Of a DNA stretch of 64,000 bases, positions 1-13,071 are shown piece by piece. This DNA comes from Lytechinus pictus (taxonomy: Eukaryota): assembly GCF_037042905.1 (NCBI RefSeq), contig NC_087245.1:7380001-7444000 (forward strand), given 5' to 3'. Below the pieces are notes generated by a model. It saw only the letters and a program-made list of their open reading frames with translations. It was not told the DNA's origin and searched no databases. Position 1 is the first letter of the stretch, and every line of letters begins with the position of its first letter. Made by a program: the position numbers and the translations under genes.

Positions 1-323
1 TTATGCTTGTTATTTTACATAACATGGGGCAGCTGCTCGTAAATGACGTCACAAAACAAAATCTTAAATAATCCAATAACTTCCTTAATCTTTGATTGAT
101 TTTTCTCAAACCTTCACCAATATTTTCAATTATTTTTCCTTGTGTTTTCACAAGAAAAATTTTCAATAAGAAAGACAAAATATACTTTTTTAAAAGTAGA
201 AAAGGAAAATAAGAAGAAGGAGCAGGGGAAGAAATCAAAAGGGGTAGAAAACCAAGATCAGTGTATTGATTACAATTGACAATACGAGAAAAAAAAATGA
301 AGAACTGCTTAGAATGAAAAGGG

Positions 324-472
324 TTAACCATATTACACTCAGTACAAACTACATGAAATTATTTTTTTTAAATAGCTCGCGCTTCGCATTATCTAATTAG
401 ATATTTATGTTCTTTTAAAAGATAAAGGTAAGAAGTGACTATCATATATACATATATATACATGATAGTCAC

Positions 473-506
<34 letters not shown>

Positions 507-623
507 GATAGTCACTTCTTACCTTTATTCTTATAAAGGAACATAGATATCTAATCAAATAATGCGAAGCGCGAGCTATTTTTTTTTATTTCATGTAGTT
601 TGTCCTGAGTGTAATATGGTTAA
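324..623. repeat. ~300-bp foldback (imperfect palindrome) with central (TA)n, bounded by TTAA
   Basis: ttaaccatattacactcag...gaagtgactatcat at 324-445 is mirrored by atgatagtcacttc...ctgagtgtaatatggttaa at 505-623; TA microsatellite in the centre. Confidence 0.85.
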
Positions 624-896
624 AGGAAAGAACGATATGAGAAGAAGAAAAATAAGGGAATGACAAGTGTAAAATTCACAAAGCTGCATGTTCGTAAGTT
701 ATACGTGTTAGGCTCGGGATCTTCCCCACTTCATTTTTTAATATTGTTTATTAATTATTTCATAATTTGTAACAATGCTTGTGATCATGAGCGTCATCGC
801 AGAGGATTATCCTTTATTCATGGGGGGACCTCTATTCTTGCGTTCCCCCCCCCCCCCATACAAGAGGTAATCCTCTGCTCTGACACCCGCGCTTAA

Positions 897-3323
897 CCCT
901 AATACGAAAGTCCTTATATCTTTTTTTTAATTAATTAATTTAATTATGCGAGAATAGATATTGGTATTTTTCACTAAATAAAGCCTCAGGAATGGCAATT
1001 TTTGGTACAAATGTCTTTCATAACTCATCAATTCCTGAAAGAAAAAGATAGGTTGTGGTAATTATTTCGCCTATGTATTTTATTGTTTTTTAAATTTTCT
1101 TATGTATTTCTCTGTTTTCGTCAAGCGTTTTCAGATGCGTATGTGTGGGAGTTTTTGTGTGTGGTAATTATTTACACTATTTGAAACAATGATGATAGGA
1201 CCTACTTACTAGAAAAGTATTTACGTAAAATGGAAAGCTTGATTTTGTCCATAGGCAGGGGCGGATCCAGCCTTCGCCAATAGGGGGCCCGGAGTTTTTT
1301 TCAGCCATATTTTCCCCGATCGGCCGCTAGCTCGAACATGATTTTTTTTTTTTTTTGAATGGGTAGTCCTAATAGTTCTATTAGCTTTATTCTTATAAAT
1401 CAAAATGAATATATGATATCATATTTATATAATGCGAGCGCGAGCAATTTTTGTTGTTGAAATTTTACGTATTTTTTCCTAAAATTTGAACATTCTAGGC
1501 AAACTTTGATATCCTGAAAAAGATGTGTATGCAACTAAATAATTACTATAAACGCGAAGCGCGAGCAGAAATTTTTGATACACGTACGTTTTGAACTGAT
1601 CGAAAAGATAGGCCTACCTACTGCTTGCAGTTAGCCATGAAGACGTTAAAAATTTTCAACAGTCAAATAATGCGAGCGCCAGGCGCGAGCTGAAAGTTTT
1701 TGACATTTTTACCTAAAGAATGGAAATTCTGAGCACTTTTTGTAACTTAAACAGAATAGATATATAACTTAATAATTGATGCGAAGCGCGAGCGGAAAAT
1801 TTCGAGGTTTTGTAAATCATAAAAAGGAAAAGTAATTGGGAATCTTCCTTACATTGATAATGCGAGCGCAAAGCGCGAGCAGACATTTTTTTAATATACG
1901 TTTTGAACTCATCGAAAAGGTAGGCCCTACCTGTTAAGGACTGCTTGCACTTAGCCATGGAGACGTAAATATTTCAACAATCAAATAATGCGAGCGCGAA
2001 GCGCGAGCTGAAATTTTTTTGACATTCTACATAAAGAATTATTGTTACTTTATATTTGTAATCGTCAACAGGAAAGCTATATATTAACTCAACAACTCAG
2101 CGGAAAAAAATCGAGAGTTAGACCTAAAAACGGGACACTATTCATGTTTTGTAAATCATGAAAAGGATGATTAATAGCCGGGATTTAATCCTATAATCTA
2201 TGCATTTTAAATACATCTTTTATCATGAAAATCAAAGCGAGCGCGCTTGAAATATTTGATATTTCGATCTAAAAAAGGATCAATTTCAGCTCTATATTTC
2301 AAGCACTTTGTAGGAAAATTGTGAGGTGGCTATGGATCGCACTTAATAAGGAGCTAACATTTTATCAGTATTATTACTTTGAGTTTTGACATAGAACCGT
2401 GACATCCTTAGGACATGTCATCGTATGAAAATGAAGACTATCTTTCTATTCCTCTTGCTAATTAAGCGCAAGATGTAACAAAAGGGACAATTTAATAATT
2501 AACTTGATATCTTATTTATTAATGCATAATAAGGGCACTGAACTAATGTGAGTGCAAATCAATAATCAATAGGGATATTGACACATACATAACTTGCCAA
2601 TCAAAATGCGAGCGTGCAGCGCTAGCTGATACGTTTTGACAATCAGGCCTGAAAAGGGATATTTTGAAAACTTTATGGAACACACGAAAATAATAAGTAC
2701 CTGATAAATCAAAATTTTCGAGCGCGCAGCGCGAGCAGAAAATGCTAATATTCTGACCATAAAACTGACACTTTTACAGAGCACTCTATAAAAATCAATT
2801 TGTAAATCACACAAAATAATGAAAGTTCGATTTCTGAGGTGAAATATGTTTTGTATATAGACTTCAAAACTTGTTATTTAAGCTCCATGTTGAAAAGTTA
2901 GGTAAATCACCTAACAGGCAATGCGAGCGCGAGCGAAAATTTTACATAGTGACATGAAAGATTCTTTTTATTTTCCATGTTTTCCCCTCATTTTAATCTT
3001 TTTTATTCAATCATCTTCCTCCTCTTCTTTGTTCTCATCTTTTTTCCCTTTTTTTTCTTTCTTTCCTTTTTTTCTTTTCTTTTTTTTTGCTCCGCCAATA
3101 GGGGTCCCGTGCCCCTCGGCCCCCCTGGATCCGCCTATGCAAAGGGTTATACACAGTCATATAGAGAAATAGCGAAATTTTTGACGCCCGCACGGTAGGT
3201 CCGATTCAAAATGTACGGGAAAGATCAGATAAAAAGTCATGAAATTTCGTTTCGAAATATAGAGGCGTTAGGGAGTACCGACAACAATCCGACAGGGGGA
3301 GCATAATGGCCTCCGTATTAGGG
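897..3323. mobile_element. piggyBac-like non-autonomous element containing a nested repeat array
   Basis: TTAA-CCCTAATACG at left and CGTATTAGGG-TTAG at right (one TSD mismatch). Confidence 0.5.
1250..3139. mobile_element. TIR-bounded non-autonomous element carrying a degenerate ~120-bp GCGAGCGCGAAGCGCGAGC array
   Basis: ggcggatccag at left and ctggatccgcctatg at right; recurrent gcgagcgcgaagcgcgagc cores at 1430-2940; same family at 14460-15200, 25770-26300 and 28470-28710; no TSD found. Confidence 0.6.
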
Positions 3324-4958
3324 TTAGATGATCACTCACAAATGAAACAGATGTGGATTGATTTGAAATTGAACTTTTAAATTAAAAAAAAGAAAGTCAA
3401 TGTTAGATAAGGTCAATATGTATTTTAACATGTTTAATGTGATCCAAGAAAACCCCCCCCCCCAAAAAAAAAAAAAAAAAAATGATAATAATTAACAAAA
3501 TAATATAGATAAATTAAATAAATAAATGAATAAAATAAATAACAATTTAAAATAACAATGTTAGTATATATAATTATTTATTGGTATTTCTACAATTTCA
3601 TGAAACGAATGCAAATTTCAATAATTGTCGTAGCAGTCGCATAATACACAAAGACATTATACATGGTTGATCGTCAACAAAACTGAGTGATAATTCCGAA
3701 AGCCAGTCTGTGAGAACAGGGGCGGTGGAGAGCCTTCTTTCAAAATTGGAAGTGCCTTTTTTTTCAAAATGAAATGTGCCCTTTTTCAAAATGAAATACA
3801 ATTTTTGAAGTAAAACATGATACATTTTAGGTTACACAATCACAAATATTGTCGCTCTTGCATCGCGCTCGCATCAATTATTGTTTAGTAAGATACTCAT
3901 CCTGTTCATTGTTACAAAAATGCTTAGAATGTCCAATTTTCAGGTTTGAATATGATCACAAATTTTTGGCTCGCGATTTGGGCTCGCATTATTCAATTGG
4001 TGATGTATGTATCCTCACTAAATGCAGTCCTTAACAGGTTCCTTTTCTGGTCAGTATATGTAATGTATTTGCATATGTTAGAATGTGTATTGGACATTGC
4101 ATGGACTTTTAACCCTGTGGTTGCTATTTCTCCTCTCTCTCTCTCTCCTCCAAAGTCCAAATAGTGGAAATTCCATTATTACAATTCATTCTTCTATATT
4201 CTTCTGAAATTCTGCTCTCTCTCTCTCCTCTCTGACTCATCATTATTATATGTACATGTATAGTAACTTGTAATAGAGAAAGTACTCTTTTTGTTTGAAT
4301 AAACACTTGTAGATTAGACCTCAACTATATAGACAAGTCGGACTACTCCCCTGTGCTTGTCTTTGAGTTAATTTTGTATTTCTAAGAGATATAACAGTAT
4401 ATTAAAGAGATATAACAGCATATTAAAAATTTCAGCTCGCGCTTGCGTTAATTCTTTAGTTAGACATCTTTTTCATGATAGCAAAAACTGCTTTGAATGT
4501 TCTTGTCTTATATTAGGCCTACATGAAATGTCCAAGTGTTTGAACTCACGATTCACACTCGCAACATCTCGCAAAGGACGCACTTTTAACAGTTAATTAG
4601 TGTCATAATTAACTAAAAGCGTGTTTCACAACTTCAAATTTGATTTTTTTTTTTCCAAACCGCTTGTTCGCTACGTTCGCTCGCGGAAAAAAAGCCTAAA
4701 TATATATCTTATCAATCAGATATTACTTCAAAACGCTTTGCTCAACTTAATTACTACAAAACACACAACTACTTCACGCATGGTGAAAATATCCCTTTGC
4801 ACCAAAATGCCGATTTTGACATAATACAAAGAAAATACGTTCCGCAGCCCATGTGTGAGAACGTCTTCGTTTAATGAAAGTATCTACTACTTTTGACAAA
4901 ATGACAAACGTTCCATGGTTAAAACAGCAATCGTAAACAAATTCAAGAAGGAAACAAA

Positions 4959-4964
4959 TTTATT
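4959..4964 (-). terminator. Candidate polyadenylation signal (AATAAA) of the zinc-finger gene
   Basis: AATAAA on the minus strand ~800 bp after the stop, followed by a U/GU-rich tract. Confidence 0.5.
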
Positions 4965-5754
4965 AATAAAGATCATTGTGCAAAAATTTTTAGTTGCATT
5001 TTTTATAAAGAAGTAATTGAATACAATAAAGAAATCTAATAGACCTACAGGAAAAGCTACAAGCAAAAGAGATAATTATGAATAAATAACAATACGTATG
5101 TACATTTTACAGAGCAATGTCTTGACAAACAATGACTGATTATAGATTCTCTTTGAGTGTACACAAATGCGTTCTCTGTAGCCAGTCACAGGTAAACTTA
5201 TATTTTCGTCCAGGTTGCTGTTGGTAGTATCCGAAATGGTGGATTGTATTTGGATTGGATAATTATCATCACATTGGCGACAATACTCTGTATTTCACTC
5301 AGGGCTGTAAACTGGAACGGGCAGTCTCTGGGTGCTTCAGTTTCCTTTTTATCGGTCCAGAAATAAGCCATCCGAAACAACGGCAATAATTATAATAAAA
5401 ATGTTCAAAATGTTTCCCTATTCAGAATCTGGCACATAAGGTACGGAGTGCCAAGGTCTACATATAGAATTCAGATAATTTATTTTTTCTCTCTTCGAAT
5501 GATGTAGAGCAGATCTTGCTACTCAATGTGGCAAAAGTAATCCCCGACGTATCGAAATCTAAGAATCTCCAGAATGTGAGCCAACATATTTCAACATTCT
5601 AAAATTTTTATAACGCAGTGCTTCTAATAGTAGCACAAGTAATGTTGATATCCTCATCCAAGAAAACAGAAGTGGCACTATAAACAGTCCTACCCTAGTT
5701 TATCAGGTTTCATTTTAATAGGTCGACTGTCTAGGTAAGAACTAATAAAAAGAT

Positions 5755-7233
5755 CTAAGGAGTGGTCATCTTTGGACTTTGAGATTCTGGTGTTGATCCA
5801 TTTTGTGGTGACAATTCAGCGTTTCCGGCGGCCTCGTTCAAATGTTTCTTTTCGTGCAAGCGCATGTGGGCACTCTGAATGAACGTCGCGTTGCAGAACC
5901 TGCAATTATACGGCCGTACTTTGGAATGTGTGCGCTCGTGAATGCGCAGATGACTACTTTGCATGAAAGCCTTGTCACAGAGATGGCACTTGTAGGGTCG
6001 CATCCCGGTGTGTATACGCTCATGCATGTGTAGATGACTACTCTGACGGAATGTCTTCGGACAGAAGCGACACGAGAATGGACGCACCTGAGTGTGAATA
6101 AGTTCATGCTGTCTCAGATGGCTACTTTGAGTGAAACGTTTCCCGCAGATTGAGCATGCATAAGGTCTGTCTTGGTTGTGAAGACGCATATGAATATGCA
6201 AGTTGTTGAGCTTTGAGAATACTTTGCCACAAAGGCCACACTTATGATCAAGTACTTGCAAGTTCATATTGTGAGTCTGATAATGTTTGTCTAAACTAGA
6301 CAGTTGACGAAAGACATCCCCGCAGATTAGACACAAATGGGCAGTTCTGCATCCTGACGGGCCTCCCTTCTGAGTTTGGGAACGACCTACATAGGAGTGA
6401 ACATTGAAATCTGCTTTTGGACCAATGGATGGTGACTGTCCACTAGGAGAGGTCATACCACCCCGTGAATTGTGTCTTTTAACATGTTCTTGAAGGAGTC
6501 TTTCATTTATGAAAGACTGGTGACATACTTGACACTCATGATCTCCGCTCATCTGACTACTTTGTCTCTGTCGCATCAGAGTCTCATGTACTTCGACATG
6601 ACGTACAAGTGCATCTACGTTGTCAAAGACGTCACCACACTCCATGCAGGAAACATTGTTGAGGTTTCTAGTCGGACTTGGCGTCTGACTAGGTGTTACT
6701 CTTGGTGAGCTATCTTCTACTGCTTCCATATCATCGGGGCCACGATAGATATCCTCAGAGCCATACTGCTCAGCCTCATGTTGTTGGACATGCTTTAGGA
6801 GAAGATCTATGTTGGCAAATGTTACCCCACACTCGACACAGCAACAGTTTTCTTCCGCTGTTGACTGCTTCTGTTCAGGAAGCTGAGGATAATACCCTTC
6901 TCTTTCATGCCCGTGTCTGTTGGTCTGGTAACAAAAGACCCGAGTAGAATGAGACATATCACTGGTACCATCCGAAGATTCTTGAATCACGGAAAACTGA
7001 TCATTCGCGTCATCAGTCTGAAAAGAACTTGGGATTTCTCCTGAAGAAGACCCACTTCCTGATGCCTCTGCAGCTCCATCCGTACCTCTTTCACTCCGAT
7101 TCATGTCATTAAAAGGGGTATCTGTAGTGTTTGTGTAGAAATTCTGAGAGCCATCTTCAACCCTTGATCGATTTTCGGATGATTCATTATCTTCAGAATG
7201 GTCTCCGACATTAACATCATGCCCTTCATCCAT
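5755..7233 (-). CDS. C2H2 zinc-finger protein, 492 aa, 9 fingers, acidic Ser-rich N-terminus; single coding exon
   Basis: Nine Cx2C...Hx3H motifs; the last five are tandem with RPY/RPF linkers (e.g. HTGMRPYKC); in-frame TAA a few codons upstream of the ATG; splice acceptor ctttactatgcag| just upstream (exon starts at 7292). Confidence 0.93.
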   Translation of the reverse strand: MDEGHDVNVGDHSEDNESSENRSRVEDGSQNFYTNTTDTPFNDMNRSERGTDGAAEASGSGSSSGEIPSSFQTDDANDQFSVIQESSDGTSDMSHSTRVFCYQTNRHGHEREGYYPQLPEQKQSTAEENCCCVECGVTFANIDLLLKHVQQHEAEQYGSEDIYRGPDDMEAVEDSSPRVTPSQTPSPTRNLNNVSCMECGDVFDNVDALVRHVEVHETLMRQRQSSQMSGDHECQVCHQSFINERLLQEHVKRHNSRGGMTSPSGQSPSIGPKADFNVHSYVGRSQTQKGGPSGCRTAHLCLICGDVFRQLSSLDKHYQTHNMNLQVLDHKCGLCGKVFSKLNNLHIHMRLHNQDRPYACSICGKRFTQSSHLRQHELIHTQVRPFSCRFCPKTFRQSSHLHMHERIHTGMRPYKCHLCDKAFMQSSHLRIHERTHSKVRPYNCRFCNATFIQSAHMRLHEKKHLNEAAGNAELSPQNGSTPESQSPKMTTP

Positions 7234-7629
7234 GCTGTCAGTACGTTATTTGTCTCCACTTGATTAAGAGAAGAACCTTGCGCCCGAAGTACCTGCATAG
7301 TAAAGAAAGTGAGAGTCGGTGTAAGCTTAAAAGGTAAAAAAAATCATTCCAGAAGCAATTTCACGTTAAAATTTTTGACGTTTGAAAAAAGGTCATCAAA
7401 AATCCTACCTACATTCGCAATGTTTAAAGGTCTAATGTTCGAAATTATACCCAACGACTCCTAAAGCCCCAGTCACATATAGACACGGATCATCACGGAT
7501 CAACACGGCAATGCCGGCATGATCCGGGGAGGTCCGGGATCGTTTTACCCCGGATTGAGCGTTGATGACTGTAAACACGGCAGCTACACGGCATCTTCAC
7601 ACGGATCTACACGGACCATGCCGGCAGAG

Positions 7630-7860
7630 CACGTCAGCTACACGGACCAACACGTCAGCAACACGGACCAACACGTCAGCTACACGGACCAACACGTCAG
7701 CAACACGGACCAACACGTCAGCTACAAGGACCAACACGGACCAACACGTCAGCAACACGGACCTACACGTCACCAACACGGACCAACACGTCAGCTACAC
7801 GGACCAACACGTCAGCTACACGGACCAACACGTCAGCTCAAGGACCAACACGGCAGCTAT
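7630..7860 (+). repeat. 21-bp minisatellite (CACGTCAGCTACACGGACCAA)n inside the Harbinger-like element
   Basis: About ten tandem units; a related 21-bp array (CACGGCAGCTACACGGACCTA) lies at ~9130-9220. Confidence 0.9.
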
Positions 7861-7991
7861 ATTGACCAGCACGGCAAATGAAAATCTGGTCATAATAATG
7901 AGCTGATATTCTTTTTTTTTTATCTCATCCTTGTCGCAACATTATATTATGTTGTTTTTAAAAAAGATATCAAAACTTAAAAATTCCTTAA

Positions 7992-8578
7992 AGGAGAATG
8001 AAACCCTTGAAACCAGCTGAATCAATATCAAAGAGAAAAATCAAAGAAACATATATATTGTTGAAAGTTTGAGGAAGATTGAATGAATAATAAGAAAGTT
8101 ATGAGCATTTGAATATTGAGATCACTAGTGCCATGTAGATCCTCCCATCGGCAATGCGACCAAGATCTGTGATGTCACACACGTACAACTCCCTCATTAC
8201 TTATATACTTATTTCACTTATATTCTCACTTTTATAGAGTCTATCACAAGGTGAGGTGTTCTCTTTTTGAGATGACAAGTACAGAGGTTTCACAACATTA
8301 CATCATTGATGAATCATTTGTCATAGGATTAGAAAGAGCAAAAAGAGATGTTTTGGGGTATATTGTCAGTGTCCAAATGGGAGAGTTGTACGTGTGTGAC
8401 ATCACAGATCTTGGTCGCATTGCCAATTGGAGGATCTCCATAGCATTAGTGATCTCGACATTCAAATGCTCATAACTCTTTTATTGCTAGTCCTATTTTA
8501 CTCAAACTTTTGTTGATCTTATTCTTTGATTTTTATGCTTTCACAAAAGCTAACTTGCTCCAAGGGTTTCATTCTCCT
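7992..8578. mobile_element. Kolobok-like palindromic MITE nested in the Harbinger-like element
   Basis: TTAA-AGGAGAATGAAACCCTTG ... CAAGGGTTTCATTCTCCT-TTAA; long internal inverted arms (8100-8195 vs 8380-8480). Confidence 0.8.
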
Positions 8579-9846
8579 TTAACCAGTATAGAAACGCAGT
8601 TTTTTTTATACAACACAGTTTACTGTTTTAACAGTAGTTGTTAAGTACTTTAAATCTTGAACGACAAATTTAATTTCGATTTGATTTGATATCACTTTAT
8701 TGAAATCACATTAAAGGAAAGAAATTTACAAAGTCAATAGAAAACATAATAAAAATTAAGATAGGCCCAGGTCATGTCGCATAACTGTCGATGTAGGGCA
8801 GTAGTATAAAACTTAATGTACAATTTTGATGTAATAGATACATAACATTTATTTTAAGAATTAAAGTGAAATGTGAAATAATAATAACAGATAAATTTGG
8901 GGTAAATATTAAAAAAAAAAGAAAAAGAATTATTCATACATGCACTAAGTTTACAAATATTAGGTTGGGGTCAATCTCCAAAGCGTAAGAAAATATCATG
9001 AATCGTTCAATCATAAATAAATTAAGCATGATTGTGCCTACTGTTTATCAACTTCTGAAAAGTTCATAAAGTAAATAGCGTTGTAAAGATTTGATGGGAA
9101 AACAGAACACGGACTGCCAAGGATACTCCAGGCAGCCACACGGACCTACACGGCAGCTACACGGACCTACACGGCAGCTACACGGACCTACACGGCAGCC
9201 ACACGGACCTACACGGACCATCCCGGATGGCTTTGCCAACCCGGCAGTCCACGGATGACGCCGGATGTTTTTGACAGTCAAAAACTGCCGTGTTGGCCTC
9301 CCGGACGTTCAAGGACCAACACGGACCACCCCGGACGTCCAAGGATGCCCAAGGCGCCAACACGGATCTCTCCCCGGACCACCCCGGATCAGATCCGGGA
9401 TGGTCCGGGGTGGTCCGGGGTCTATATGTGACTGGGGCTTAAAGAGAACGGGCAGCTCTTACAAGTCATGTCCATCTCTATGTACATTTTTAGCACAGAA
9501 CCAATATGATGTTTCATTATGACAACTATATCACGCATAAATAGTTATACCCGCGAAAATCGTTAATTGAAAATTAACCGTAAGAAAATATTTAGAAAAC
9601 TTATATTAATATTGAAGCTCTTCAACATTTTCTATTTCATTAAGCTCTTCAACAAGATAACGACGCCAGAAAATCATTCAAGTCAACTTTAATATCACCC
9701 ATATTCTTCCGATTCTATAGAAAAAGAAGAAAATAGAAGATAAAGAGTTTTTAAAGAGGAAGTAGAAGAAGTAGAAAGAAGAAACAAAAATTATTTCATG
9801 GTTCTGTGACATATTTACTGTTATCGTAACTTTTGATAAAGTTCGT

Positions 9847-10112
9847 GATGATGATGATGATGATGGAGATGGAGATGATGATGATCACGATAATGATGAT
9901 CATGATGATCATAAATGGTCATGCTATGATGAAGAGAATGATAATGATGAAGATGATGAAGAAGAAGAAGATGATGATGATGATGATGAACGATTATTAA
10001 GATGATGATGATGATGATGACGATGATGATGATGATGATACGACGAAGATGAAGAAGAAGATGATGATGATGATGATGATGATAAAGATGAAGATTATTA
10101 TGATGATAATGA
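9847..10112 (+). repeat. Imperfect (GAT)n/(GAA)n microsatellite
   Basis: Direct reading; source of the spurious poly-His/Ile ORFs. Confidence 0.95.
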
Positions 10113-11449
10113 TATAGTATGGGGAGGGTTTTTCGAGAACCCTGGCATGTACGATAAAGAGAAGGGACCAGTGGGGAGGTGGATGTACAACTGTCCAACT
10201 TAAATGGGACAAACCTACTCATCAAGCATACAAATAAAGGCTTACTGGTATGCAGACGAATTTTATGCTCGTGATTTCGGTGCTCACCAAGTCATCCAGT
10301 GTCAACTCAATAAAAATGGTGTTTACAGCTAGTCTAGAGCAGTGGCAGCATCAAGGGGGGGGGCACGGAGGCCATTTGCCCTTCTCAGTTTAGGATCGTA
10401 GCCCCCCTCCCCCCCCCAAAAAAAAAAAAAAAAAAAAACTAATAATAATAATGAATAAATACATAAATAAAATTTAAAACATAATTTTATGACATCTGAA
10501 AAAAATAATAAAGTAAATGCTGTCATGAGCATCCTACTCAAGCTGTAAACTGCTCCAAAACAGCACTTTTCACTCTTCAAAATTTTCTCATCTAGTCATG
10601 CTAAGCTCCCTACAATATTAGTCACTAATATAAATCTTTGAGGTCATTAAATAAAATTCAAATTTTCGCTCGCGCTCGCATTGGCTGTCGATTGAGATAA
10701 ATAAATGATATGTTCAATATGATAATATGGGGCTTTAAAATCCAGTGTTCGAGTCAATATGCAAAAATTATTTTTCTTACGATTCGAGTTTTCATTATTT
10801 ATTTTAGCGAGATACGCATCCTGCATTTTCATAATACAAAAAAGTGCTGAATATCAAAAATGTTTAGCTCGCGCTACGCGCTCACATGTATTGGTTAGTT
10901 AAATACCCATCCTGTTTATGGTCACAAAAAATGCTTAGAACGTCCTCTTATCAGGCGCGGTGCCAGGGGGGTGCTTTGGGGACTGACAAAAAAAATCGAC
11001 CACAAAGAATTAAAAAAAATATGTAGGCCCTATATGCGTATAGATGTATTGAGCAATGTAATGCAGTATTCCATTCATGTCGTTAGGTGTTCTTTTCAAT
11101 TCAATTATTTATTTATATGGTATGGATGCGGTAGGTACCAAGGAATAAATAAAGATAAGAATCATCATTTCATTAAAACAAAAAGATTAATCAAACGTAC
11201 TTAAAGCAAACTTCAAGTTAAAACAGAAACATAAGGATAAAAGCAAAGACAAGTAGATAAACGGTCAAACAATACAAAACAACGTTAAGAGAAATCAATA
11301 ATTGGTCAGTAATTTATTTTGATATTGTATTTTAAAAGTGTTATTAAATTGTATGTTATTATGTTGACAAGTCTCAAGTATTCCATAGTGAGGGACAGTA
11401 TGTCGTATTGAATATTTAGATCTGTCATTTGAAAAGGTTCATCTGTGGA

Positions 11450-12145
11450 ATTTGTTGAATGATCTAGTAAAGTCATTGTGAATGTTTGCATTAATTGAGA
11501 ACATGTTTATTAATTGGGGTGAAAGAGTGTGGTATCGTTGCATAATTGAAGCAATTTTAATCTTGGTAATATCTGTAAGTTTAACTGTACGTAATGATTT
11601 AAACAGCAAAGAAGTCGGGGCATTGTAGTCTGTTTTTTTACATATACGTATTGCTTTTTTTCGGAGAATAATTCATTTTTGTATATGGCTAGAGTATGTG
11701 TTACCCCAAATAGAATTGCAATATGAAAGACGAGACAGAATATAAGCATTGTAGAGAGTAAATGATATATAACTAGGTACATCACATTTCAAACGATTGA
11801 AGATTCCAATAAAACGAGCTATTTTAACAGAAATCGAACTTATATGATCATTCCAACATAAATTATTGCTTAAAATCACTCCTAAAAACTTAACGGAATC
11901 ATAAAATTGCAATTGAGTTGTATTCATGCATATGAAGAAATATATCAGTTTGATTATTATTGCACACCCCTCTTTGTATTAAATAAAACGCATTGGGCTT
12001 TATTTGTATATTTTTAAGGAAAGTCTATTGCACTTAAACCAGGTAGAAATTTTAGCAAGATTTTATTCAATATTTCAGCTAAAGTAGTAATATTATCATG
12101 AAAGGCACGAAGTGACGTATTACCGGCATACAATATAAAATTAAA
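11450..12145 (-). pseudogene. Degenerate CR1-group (L2/Crack/Daphne-like) reverse transcriptase fragment
   Basis: Minus-strand remnants LYAGNT (decayed YADDT), TWFKCNRLSL, VKFLGVILSNNLCWNDHI and YNAYILSRLSYCNSIWG, with frameshifts. Confidence 0.8.
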
Positions 12146-12876
12146 AGCTTTCACTATTCAAATTGGAAAATGTTCTCGCTCGGTCGCTATACATGCTCCC
12201 TCGCAAAATAACATATAAATGCAAAATACATTAATGCGTGTATAGAAAATCAATGATCCTCTGCAATACAATAAACTGTCTTAATCTCCCTACTTCAACC
12301 ACTATGAATGTAACTATATTAATAAAACTGAAGTTATAATAATAATACATTTTTCCAGGGACGGCGATCCCAGGGGCCCGGGGTCACAGTGCCCCCCCCC
12401 CCCTACTTTTTGAAGCACTGAAAAGGTGCCCCTTTTTACTCAAGAAAATAAATGCCCCATCACGAACTTGTACTGTGCCCCTTTCACTTGAGGACACGTT
12501 TTATGCCGTTTGCAAGTGCCCCTTTGCCTTCGTATAGGTGCCCTTTCTCGTATCAGTGCCCCTATTTTACCCAAGAAAAGTGGCCCTCGCGTGCCCCTTT
12601 CATCTGAGAAGGAACCGTTTTATATGTTAACGAGTGCCCCTTTGGCCTCTCTCATACTATATAGGTACCTGTTCTTCATATCAGATATCGTGCCCGATGA
12701 GCTGCCGGTTTCTAGTTTAGCGTTCTGCTTCCTTCTGCAAGTGCATCCTTTAATTGCATAATCCCCGGCTTTCAAAATATGATTTACCCCATTCCGCTAC
12801 TTCTTTTATAAATTTGCTGCAATATTATGCGTTGCGACGTTTATGGTGGCCCTGAAGGGACATCGCAAGTAGACCA

Positions 12877-13002
12877 AATCGCGAATATTCACGACGAAAT
12901 TGGCGACGAAATTCACGAATTCGCCAATTTCGTCGTCAATTTGAATATTCACGACGAAATTGGTGACGAAGTTCACGACATCGTGAATTTCGTCGTGAAT
13001 TT
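12877..13002. repeat. Two ~60-bp direct units built from inverted ACGACGAAATT motifs
   Basis: gaatattcacgacgaaattgg occurs twice, each time followed by aatttcgtcgt. Confidence 0.75.
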
Positions 13003-13071
13003 GTTTTGCTTGCCTGGGCGGTATGCGGGTTGAAACCAATTCGTCTGCTGCTAATTCCTCCACTCACAACA

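Larger units (their letters stand above)
7465..9439. mobile_element. PIF/Harbinger-like non-autonomous element in the zinc-finger gene intron
   Basis: TIR AGCCCCAGTCACATATAGAC / GTCTATATGTGACTGGGGCT; 3-bp TSD TAA (7462-7464, 9440-9442); subterminal CACGG repeats. Confidence 0.85.

Noticed and set aside
7519..7906. Repetitive ORFs (TDQHVSY, SATRTNT) and a superficially CRISPR-like periodicity
   Set aside because: Translation of a 21-bp minisatellite inside a MITE; no unique spacers, no cas genes, eukaryotic context
9821..10225. Poly-His/poly-Ile ORFs
   Set aside because: Products of the (GAT)n microsatellite
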